A model generated the notes under the pieces. It saw only the letters and a program-made list of their open reading frames with translations, was not told the origin of the DNA and searched no databases. A stretch of DNA of 64,000 nt. It comes from Synechococcus sp. Its GTDB lineage: Bacteria; Cyanobacteriota; Cyanobacteriia; PCC-6307; Cyanobiaceae. The position numbers were made by a program, and so were the translations under genes. The stretch is taken from NCBI GenBank assembly GCA_047285805.1, contig JBJBCN010000003.1, positions 480,001 to 544,000 of the forward strand. The letters are read 5' to 3'. Of the stretch, positions 1-8,624 are shown in pieces; positions within the stretch are counted from its first letter, which is position 1, and each line of letters begins with the position of its first letter.

Positions 1-1045
<1,045 letters not shown>

Positions 1046-1056
1046 GCCGGAAGAAT

Positions 1057-2184
1057 ATGCACGTCTCATTCTTTAAAAAGCCTCAAATTAACTCTCAATA
1101 TCGAAAAAAGTTCTATGAGTACCTAGATCAACTCATTACCGGTGATGATTCGCTAGTTTTGGGTCACTACTGTAAGGAGTTTGAAAAAGAGTTTGCTAGA
1201 ACTCTTGGTGCTTCTCATTGTAACTTTGTCTCTAATGGCTTAGATGCTCTTTCAATTGCACTGAGAGCCGTAGGTGTACAGGCTGATGATGTTGTTATTG
1301 TTCCCAACCACACTTACATTGCAACTTGGATCGCACCTCTCTCAATTGGCTGCAATTTGATAGTCGCACCTGTTTCTGAGATTGATCTATTACTTGAGCC
1401 CTCTACGATTGAGAAGTATATAACAAGCAAAGTTCGTTGTATTATTCCCGTTCACTTATATGGGAATGCGTGCCAAATGCAGAAAATCATGTGTTTGGGT
1501 GAAAAGCACTCCCTAGTTGTTGTTGAGGATGCAGCTCAGGCACATGGAGCTAGATCTGGTGACAAATATATAGGTAATTGGGGTGATGCAACATGCTTTA
1601 GTTTTTATCCAACTAAAAACTTAGGTGCTCTTGGAGAAGCGGGTGCTGTTACCACGAACGACCCTAGGATCGCATCATTTGTTCAAAGCTATAAGAACTA
1701 TGGACGCTCTTTGTCTGATCCGTCTCTTAATACTCTGCTAGGTTCAAATCATCGTGGCGATGAAATTCAGGCAGCATTCTTAACTATTAAGCTCATGGCT
1801 CTCGATAAAATCATTAAAAGGCGACACGAAATAATCCAAAGGTATGAGCAGCGTATTAATGGCTCTACACTACCTTTTAAGCTGCTTCCATATCATAATT
1901 GTCAGAGTTCTCCCCATCTAGCAGTTGTACGTACAGAGAACAAAGCAACCAGAGACTCTCTCGCCGCATATTTGCACGCTAAGCAGATAGATGCTCCAAT
2001 TCACTATAAAAGACCTTGCCACACACAGCCGTGTATTGACACACAAAGAATTTCGATCGACCAAGAGTGCAAAGAACAGGCTCTCAAGATTTCTGAGACT
2101 ATCCTCTCAATTCCAATGAGTGAAGTACATACTAATGAAGAAATCGACTATGTGATTGAGACTCTTTGCCAATATGAATCATAA
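1057..2184 (+). CDS. DegT/DnrJ/EryC1/StrS PLP-dependent sugar aminotransferase (FdtB/QdtB-like)
   Basis: SNGLDAL, IIPVHLYG, VEDAAQAHGA, SFYPTKNLGALGEAGA (PLP lysine). Confidence 0.92.
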   Translation: MHVSFFKKPQINSQYRKKFYEYLDQLITGDDSLVLGHYCKEFEKEFARTLGASHCNFVSNGLDALSIALRAVGVQADDVVIVPNHTYIATWIAPLSIGCNLIVAPVSEIDLLLEPSTIEKYITSKVRCIIPVHLYGNACQMQKIMCLGEKHSLVVVEDAAQAHGARSGDKYIGNWGDATCFSFYPTKNLGALGEAGAVTTNDPRIASFVQSYKNYGRSLSDPSLNTLLGSNHRGDEIQAAFLTIKLMALDKIIKRRHEIIQRYEQRINGSTLPFKLLPYHNCQSSPHLAVVRTENKATRDSLAAYLHAKQIDAPIHYKRPCHTQPCIDTQRISIDQECKEQALKISETILSIPMSEVHTNEEIDYVIETLCQYES

Positions 2185-2630
2185 CCCCCTTCAGCTGATA
2201 ATCGGATTCCTTTAGCTTGGTTCCCTGAAACAACTGTATGGCATGCTACTGACATTGTTGCAACGCTTAGTTGCTGAAACCATAGAGCCTTTGCTAATTC
2301 TGATACGTGGCAAGATCACAGCTGCAGCACTAATGCGGCACCCTTCTTCAACTAAGATTATCTCAGGCTGCTTGCAATATTAGCTCTTTGGTTTTAAGTC
2401 GTTGAAGAAAGGCACCCAAGGTCCTATTAAAATAGAATCAATAATGATTCCTCCTCGCCAAAGAGAGACTTTTTTGATAGCAACTAGGTCACCTGTAATA
2501 GCCACGCTCTCAACAAAACACCTGTCAGATATGCTGCGGTCAGCACCAATTATTGCGCCTGAAATCATACTAACATATGACAATAACCTTTGTCTTTCTC
2601 CTACAAGCAAAGTCTTGATCACAGGGTGAC
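2185..2630 (-). pseudogene. degraded hexapeptide-repeat sugar N-acyltransferase (FdtC/WxcM N-terminal-like)
   Basis: GAIIGADRSISDRCFVES...LIGPWVPFFNDLKPKS, in-frame TAA at 2382-2380, then YCKQPEIILVEEGCRISAAAVILPRIRISKGSMVSAT, a frameshift, and SVATMSVACHTVVSGNQAKGI; collinear with the family pattern TNDxxPRS...GASIGANATILPG...GNPAR. Confidence 0.75.
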
Positions 2631-2674
2631 GACCTTTGAAATACCCTTAAGCTGCAACCGCAAACTTATGAACA

Positions 2675-2683
2675 TGATACGAT
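2675..2683 (+). promoter_or_regulatory. possible extended -10 promoter element (TG-A-TACGAT)
   Basis: TGnTAnnnT about 24 nt upstream of the ATG at 2707; sequence match only. Confidence 0.3.
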
Positions 2684-2706
2684 GAGAATTACAAATAGTA
2701 ATCTTA

Positions 2707-4032
2707 ATGGATCAAGTCAAGGCAATAAAACTGCTTTCAGAAGGCGGAATTGAGAGGCTCTGCTTAGCTTTGATGGACTATGACTACGATCTTTATGCGC
2801 AGGCTAAAGAGAACGAAGGGCAGTTAAACTATCTTAGATATCAAGGCAAGATAGAGTGGGCCGTTCAAAACTATCTATACACTAATCTTTATGGCTCAGC
2901 GGAATCTGTAGCCACTTCGTTAGCGAAAAAAAATAGCCTGAACAAACAAACCTCCGTTGAATCTAAGTTTCTTGAAAAAACAATTCTTCTTCTTCATAAT
3001 CCAAGTTTGGCTGCACATATCTCTGTTCTCACATCTATGCAGGAGGCTTTCTTAGACTCATTCAGATCGGACGGTCTATACATAGCCGTTCTGTTTAAAG
3101 ATGTTGAATATGCTTGGTGGAAGGACGAGATTCAATCTAGAGGATTTACTTGCATTCCTCAACGTGACTGCTCTCCATTCCAAACACTGATGGAACTACG
3201 TGACGTATACCGACCTAAGCAATATATATGGTGGGGTCCTCCCGTCTACCAGTGGCTTAGTCCTCTAATTGATCCAGGTGCTATTCATCGAAGCGTCAGC
3301 TTTAAATACGATGTTCCTCAGTCGCCGCGCTTCAATTCACATCATATTGGCTATGGAAAAAACTATGCAAGCAAAATCAGTTCGGTGGTTCCAGTTTATG
3401 GCTTTCACCAACCAATCACTCTTTCATCGATGCCAGGTGTATTACCTTCTCAGCTTCAAGAAGCTGCATCTAAGTCTCAAATGTCGTTGAGAACTAACGC
3501 TATGTCAACTCGATCAAGAATAAATATAGGCGTACTTGCACGAGCCGAAAAAGTCGCACAGCCAAGCTATCTAGATGCGATTTTACAAATACTTCATCAA
3601 GACAATAGGCTTGTTTTTCATTGGACAGGACAGCACGAACGTGGCGATATATCTGCCGCTTTTGAAAAGTATGGCCTGGCAACCAGACACCATTTTCATG
3701 GTTGGGTGAATCCCTACGACTTTCTTTGCGAACTCGATCTCTACCTGGATACTTTTCCCTTTGGCACTGGTCAAAGCCTTGTGATGGCCGGATATATGGG
3801 ACTCCCAATCATTTCCTTAGTCTCACCTTATGAAGCTAGCTTCACTAACCTCTTCAATAACTTTCTGTTGGAAACTCTTACAGTGCAGTCAGCAAAGGAC
3901 TATGTAGCTCGCGTTCTTGACATATGTGCCGAAAGGCATGAAGTCCCTATTGGTAGTGAATTGCACGATCAATTCAGGCTATGCTTCGATCGTCAATCCC
4001 TAATTGACCTGCCGGCTCAACTTGCTCTGTAA
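2707..4032 (+). CDS. putative glycosyltransferase with GT41 (O-GlcNAc transferase/HMW1C-like) C-terminal domain
   Basis: C-terminal IGVLARAEK...FHGWV...LDLYLDTFPFGTGQSLVMAGYMGLPIISL resembles the SPINDLY/OGT pattern DxxLDTFPYNGxTTxxxALWMGVPVVTL; N-terminus unrecognised. Confidence 0.55.
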   Translation: MDQVKAIKLLSEGGIERLCLALMDYDYDLYAQAKENEGQLNYLRYQGKIEWAVQNYLYTNLYGSAESVATSLAKKNSLNKQTSVESKFLEKTILLLHNPSLAAHISVLTSMQEAFLDSFRSDGLYIAVLFKDVEYAWWKDEIQSRGFTCIPQRDCSPFQTLMELRDVYRPKQYIWWGPPVYQWLSPLIDPGAIHRSVSFKYDVPQSPRFNSHHIGYGKNYASKISSVVPVYGFHQPITLSSMPGVLPSQLQEAASKSQMSLRTNAMSTRSRINIGVLARAEKVAQPSYLDAILQILHQDNRLVFHWTGQHERGDISAAFEKYGLATRHHFHGWVNPYDFLCELDLYLDTFPFGTGQSLVMAGYMGLPIISLVSPYEASFTNLFNNFLLETLTVQSAKDYVARVLDICAERHEVPIGSELHDQFRLCFDRQSLIDLPAQLAL

Positions 4033-4802
4033 TGGCCTTTAACGGACACTTCCTGGCGATCGTTAAAGCATATATCGACCTGATCAACAATAGAAATGAA
4101 CCAATGCATCCAACGCGTACTCTTTTTAGTGTAGGCTTTCCTGATATCGTTTCTAAGCAAGGCTCCCTCGATCCTCACATTGATCAGCACTTAAAACCCT
4201 TTGAGATACATAGCCCAGAAACGCTGAGCTGGCATAATCTTCCCAACGATAATACATATACTACTTATAGCATGTCAAAATTTTGTGCTAGTGAAGGATG
4301 GGACTGTAAATACCTAGACATTGCGCCGGGCACCGGTGGCAATTCTTCATCATTTCACCATGTAGATCTTAACAACGACCTGGATCAGTCATTGTACTCA
4401 TCTTGTGACATACTTATTGACAGCGGCACTGCCGAGCACTGCTTTAATATAGGCAAGGTATTCGAAAACTACTTTCATATATTGCGACCCGGAGGTTTTG
4501 TATTGCAATATATTCCCTTCTTGTCGCCAAACCATGGATTCTGGAGCGCCAATCCAACTGTTTTTTATGATTTGGCAAGCTGTAATCCAATCAAGGTATT
4601 CTTGTGTGAAATGCAGTCATTTGCCAGCTACCGAGACTATTTCGTCGGCGACTATCAAAGCATTCCCTTTTCCCCGGTTTCTCGGTTTAAATTGCCTGCC
4701 GAGCTAAGCCTTGATATGACAGTGCTCATGTTCGCTGTATACAAAAAGTACAAGAAAAGTACTTTCAAGTATCCCATTCAGGCCAAATATCGCCCACTGT
4801 AG
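4032..4802 (+). CDS. class I SAM-dependent methyltransferase-like protein
   Basis: YLDI...VDLN...DILIDSGTAEHCFNIGKVFENYFHILRPGG; TAATG overlap with the upstream gene. Confidence 0.7.
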   Translation: MAFNGHFLAIVKAYIDLINNRNEPMHPTRTLFSVGFPDIVSKQGSLDPHIDQHLKPFEIHSPETLSWHNLPNDNTYTTYSMSKFCASEGWDCKYLDIAPGTGGNSSSFHHVDLNNDLDQSLYSSCDILIDSGTAEHCFNIGKVFENYFHILRPGGFVLQYIPFLSPNHGFWSANPTVFYDLASCNPIKVFLCEMQSFASYRDYFVGDYQSIPFSPVSRFKLPAELSLDMTVLMFAVYKKYKKSTFKYPIQAKYRPL

Positions 4803-5098
4803 AGTTCACTTATTGCGTCGACCATGTAGAATATGCTTCATCTCACCTTCTGAGGTTACATTACGTTAATAGTATATCTTTCTTGGGCCTTAGACAAGCC
4901 GCATCCCTATTCCTGACTTCCACTCGATATGGGAACTAGTTGTTTCCCTAATTAATGGAACCCTGACCCGTTGTTTGCTCCTTATTTGCGTGGGGTGGGG
5001 TGCTGGCGTTCTTGCTTTCCTGTTGGTCTCACGGTCTTCGCCGTATGAAAGCAATGCTCCCAGTAGTATGGTCGCTTATTAGCGACCATACTCGTTCC

Positions 5099-5107
5099 TG
5101 CTATGAT
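5099..5107 (+). promoter_or_regulatory. possible extended -10 promoter element (TG-C-TATGAT)
   Basis: near-consensus TGnTATAAT about 26 nt upstream of the GTG at 5133. Confidence 0.35.
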
Positions 5108-5132
5108 TCGTCTACGTTATTGATGTGTCAGT

Positions 5133-5714
5133 GTGAGTGTCATTACAGATGCATACCTCAAAGAGCAGCAAGAACTACACAAGAATCCTAAGTATGGTAT
5201 TGCCTCCACAATATATGCTCCAGTTGTAACTGAGGTAATTAAACAGCTAAAAATATCTACACTAACCGATTATGGTGCCGGGAAGCAAAGACTTTATCAA
5301 GCCTTGGTTGATAACGGCATACACCTAGAAAAATATAATCCTTATGATCCAGCTTTTCCTGAGTATGGAAATCCAAAGCCTGCGCAGCTAGTTTGCTGCA
5401 TAGATGTGCTTGAGCATGTTGAATTAGATTGCCTGGATGACGTGCTATCTGAAATTCATAGAAATATGCAAGGCTATTGTTTTCTGACTGTTCACATTGG
5501 GCCAGCAGCGAAGCATCTCTCTGATGGTCGCAATGCTCATATCACTCAGGCTCCATCATCATGGTGGCTAAAAAAGTTGACAGACTACTTTGAAGTCCTA
5601 CAGCTTCAAACAACTACTGCGCTTGGTCGAGGTTTCTGGATCATAGGTAGCAAGAAAAAAGGTGAGTTGAAGATAAACTCACATGAACGGCTTAAGAATT
5701 CTCCTCCTTCGTAA
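5133..5714 (+). CDS. class I SAM-dependent methyltransferase
   Basis: TDYGAGK motif I, YDPA, LVCCIDVLEHVE, GRNAHIT..SWWL. Confidence 0.8.
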   Translation: MSVITDAYLKEQQELHKNPKYGIASTIYAPVVTEVIKQLKISTLTDYGAGKQRLYQALVDNGIHLEKYNPYDPAFPEYGNPKPAQLVCCIDVLEHVELDCLDDVLSEIHRNMQGYCFLTVHIGPAAKHLSDGRNAHITQAPSSWWLKKLTDYFEVLQLQTTTALGRGFWIIGSKKKGELKINSHERLKNSPPS

Positions 5715-6130
5715 ACCCGTTGCTCGTTATTAACTAAATTGACTTTCTGCTGTCAGTGAGTTGATTCTCTGTTTCCTGCCTAGTCTTTTTTGGTTATTGC
5801 TTTGAATACACTTCGTTCAGCTGTTCGTCGAGTGGGGAGCTGGCGAGCCTTATATGTTTCTGACTAATGTCCCAGATGCTTTCGACTGACTGGGCGGTTT
5901 CAAACCTTTTTGCGATCCTCGCGGAATGCTTTCTTCTGACATAGACAAACATGCTGAACTCATTCATCTACACATAGTACCTTCGTTTTCTATATGAAGC
6001 TTGCAAAAGGCCAGTCTTTGCTCCCCATTCAATGGAAATATCGAAAGAACCGACTATGAAAAGTACAGCTACTATATCTACGGGAGGCCAGATCAACTTA
6101 CCCGCTTGCTTCATGGAGGGTATACACTTC

Positions 6131-7282
6131 CTAGGCTGAAACATTAGCCATCGCAGCGAGGGCATCCTGAATCCATTTCTGCTCTCTTAATCTAAGCTGT
6201 TCAGACTTGCGGCTTAATAGCATCTCATCATCACGAAAGCGTTCTGTTAGCCTAGTTGCAATATAACGTGTAAGATCTAGCTGATAAATAGAATCAGCTT
6301 TCAGATGTTCAATTAGCATCTTTTCAACTCTTGCATAACCAATGGCCATATCACTTAAGCCATGAACTGCAGCACCTAATCCAAATAGCTTGAGATAAGG
6401 CTGGCAAAGCTCTCCCATTACAGCGGCATCATGATCAGTAAGTCTGTAGCCCTTCTTAGCCTTTGCTGAGGCAAAGCCCTGAATACCTACACTTCGTGTT
6501 GTCAAAGGAGTCGTAAAACTAGATCCACAGAATGTAGACTGATGCAATGATGAATGATAGCTAATACCAAGGTATGAACATATTCTGTTCAGTGAACTGA
6601 GTGTATCTGTCTTCAACTCTTCAAGCGTAATCGTCATAGCATTGTGGTGAGCCTTAAAGGCTATTGCGTCACTCATGGAAAACATCCAAAAGAACGAGAA
6701 AATCTTCGCCGGATCAGCCGAAAGGTCGGCAACCCATGTTGTAAGAGACTCAATATTATCCTTAAGCCCCCTTCCCTGCATAATCACTTTAAAACTAGAA
6801 TCTACCGAATACCCCACTGCCTCTTTAACGCTACCAATTGGGTCAATTACATCAGCATTGAGCAGTAGGTTGCCGTTACTTGTTTTTATATCTAGGCAAA
6901 GGTTGTGCACAAGTGCCAGGGATCTTAATATAGTCTCCTGAGAATCACCCGCTCCAAGGCTCTTATGTAAATATCCTTGCTCTTCTGCACATCTTGTTAA
7001 TCGTGACAACGTTAGATTATATGGAAGCCTCGAAGGGCCGGCTTTTATCGCGTCTAAGCCACCCATTCGAACATGCACCGGTGAAAATTGTTCTGAGTGA
7101 AATACTTTTAAAACTTCTTCAAATGTAATGCTGCTACGCTCTTCATATACTGTCTGGTTAAGCCACTGCCAAGTCCGAAATAGTCCCGAGCCGGGCACCG
7201 TAATGATGTCTGGATGGTCGCTCAAAAGGCTTTGATGAAAGTAACAACCGCATCGTCCTTGAGGCAAGATAATATAAATCAT
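6131..7282 (-). CDS. divergent sulfotransferase-fold protein; candidate phosphoramidate transferase
   Basis: N-terminal QGRCGCYFHQSLLSDHPDI resembles the sulfotransferase 5'-PSB region GRSGTTLLQSLLDGHPEI; ITLEELKTDTLSSLNRICSYLGISYHSSL resembles (Y)EDLxxDPxxxLxxICxFLGI; ATGA-coupled to the cytidylyltransferase. Confidence 0.55.
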   Translation of the reverse strand: MIYIILPQGRCGCYFHQSLLSDHPDIITVPGSGLFRTWQWLNQTVYEERSSITFEEVLKVFHSEQFSPVHVRMGGLDAIKAGPSRLPYNLTLSRLTRCAEEQGYLHKSLGAGDSQETILRSLALVHNLCLDIKTSNGNLLLNADVIDPIGSVKEAVGYSVDSSFKVIMQGRGLKDNIESLTTWVADLSADPAKIFSFFWMFSMSDAIAFKAHHNAMTITLEELKTDTLSSLNRICSYLGISYHSSLHQSTFCGSSFTTPLTTRSVGIQGFASAKAKKGYRLTDHDAAVMGELCQPYLKLFGLGAAVHGLSDMAIGYARVEKMLIEHLKADSIYQLDLTRYIATRLTERFRDDEMLLSRKSEQLRLREQKWIQDALAAMANVSA

Positions 7283-8043
7283 CTTTCTAGTGAAGAGGAA
7301 GTCTTAAAGGCACCGGCAATCATCTCCATTGAATTGTAAAGAAGCAAGTCTGCTTCTTCGTCTACTTCACCCCATCCGTCTGAGTAAGGAACTCCGTAAA
7401 TAGTGCCTGAATCAGACTTCGCTATGCAATTTAAGATGTCGGTCATAAACATCTTATCAACTTTCTTGTTGGACGTCCTTGAAAGCTCGTCCTTGATAAT
7501 GCCCCAACCTTCAGCCGTAAACTTCATCAATCCCATATACTGACCCATAATCCTGTCAAGAGAAACACCCTTTTCGCCCAGCTCGACTACGCGCCTATCT
7601 CTATCGATAATAAAAGACTCTGCATCACTGAGAGGATTCTTAAAGCGTCTCGACCATAGATCGAGCCAGTTCTCATCATACAAGATGGCTATATCATGAA
7701 GAGATCCGATGAGGCTCTCGATAGCAGATGCCTGATAAAATATATCAGAATAACTGACAACTGTAGCGCTCGTAGAAAGCCATTCTGAAGCCGCAAGCAA
7801 CGATCTAACCATATTACTATGCTCCCAACATCTATTTTCGAATGTCACTAATCCTTTATCGGTAAGCATGTCAGCTCTATAGCCAGTAACAATCGCTATC
7901 TCCCGAATGCCAGCCTGATTCAGCGAATTAATCTGTCTATCCAAAAGAGATACTCCTTTAACTTCTACCAAGCACTTTGGCCGATTAAGTGTATGCTTTC
8001 CCATCCTCGAGCCGCGTCCTGCTGCTAAAATCAATCCCTTCAT
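7279..8043 (-). CDS. nucleotidyltransferase of the LicC/phosphocholine cytidylyltransferase family (Cj1416-like CTP:phosphoglutamine cytidylyltransferase)
   Basis: LILAAGRGSRM...RPKCLV, NMVRSL, VVSYSDIFY, PLSDAESF, GQYMGLMKF, WGEVDEEADL. Confidence 0.85.
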   Translation of the reverse strand: MKGLILAAGRGSRMGKHTLNRPKCLVEVKGVSLLDRQINSLNQAGIREIAIVTGYRADMLTDKGLVTFENRCWEHSNMVRSLLAASEWLSTSATVVSYSDIFYQASAIESLIGSLHDIAILYDENWLDLWSRRFKNPLSDAESFIIDRDRRVVELGEKGVSLDRIMGQYMGLMKFTAEGWGIIKDELSRTSNKKVDKMFMTDILNCIAKSDSGTIYGVPYSDGWGEVDEEADLLLYNSMEMIAGAFKTSSSLER

Positions 8044-8624
8044 AAAAATAGGCTCTGAATACGGTCAAGCACAAAAGAGTCTAGTTGAGGTTCTCTCTCT
8101 GGATGCCACATCCAACCTTCCCATGGCAAAGCCATATGCCTGATTGCTTCGATCTCCATATCTTCAGATCGCGCAATAACTTTAAAACCTATCGGGCACG
8201 ACTCAAGAGCATATTCGTGGAAACTATTGACGTTCCAACAGATATCCCCCGATAGTACATGCCTAACTTTGACGTGTGCGGCGACCCTATGCAGCGCAAC
8301 ACCTCCCCATTTACCCATGAGCTGCATTCCTCGACAAATGCCAAGAACGGGAAGCCTTTCTTCACTTGCTATATCTAGTATAGAGATCTCTGTATCGTCG
8401 CGCGATTGAGACTCTCCAAGATTATTTCCACCGGTCAACAAGAAACCACACGGCTTTACATGCCTAATCCACTCCTTGGTGTAAGGCCCCAACACATTGG
8501 GTATTGGCACTGGTAAAAAGCCGAGCCTTAAAACCATTTTACTAATCTTCTGGTCAATCGCGTCACGAGTCTCTTCTCGTGACGCGATTGTATCAACACG
8601 CTGAGTGACTCCTATAACTCTCAT
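8040..8624 (-). CDS. class I glutamine-amidotransferase-fold hydrolase (Cj1417-like gamma-glutamyl-CDP-amidate hydrolase)
   Basis: IGVTQRVD...ETRDAID, LLTGGN, PVLGICRGMQ (catalytic Cys), VNSFH, MWHPER (His-x-Glu); start at 8624 by ATGA overlap. Confidence 0.85.
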   Translation of the reverse strand: MRVIGVTQRVDTIASREETRDAIDQKISKMVLRLGFLPVPIPNVLGPYTKEWIRHVKPCGFLLTGGNNLGESQSRDDTEISILDIASEERLPVLGICRGMQLMGKWGGVALHRVAAHVKVRHVLSGDICWNVNSFHEYALESCPIGFKVIARSEDMEIEAIRHMALPWEGWMWHPEREPQLDSFVLDRIQSLFL

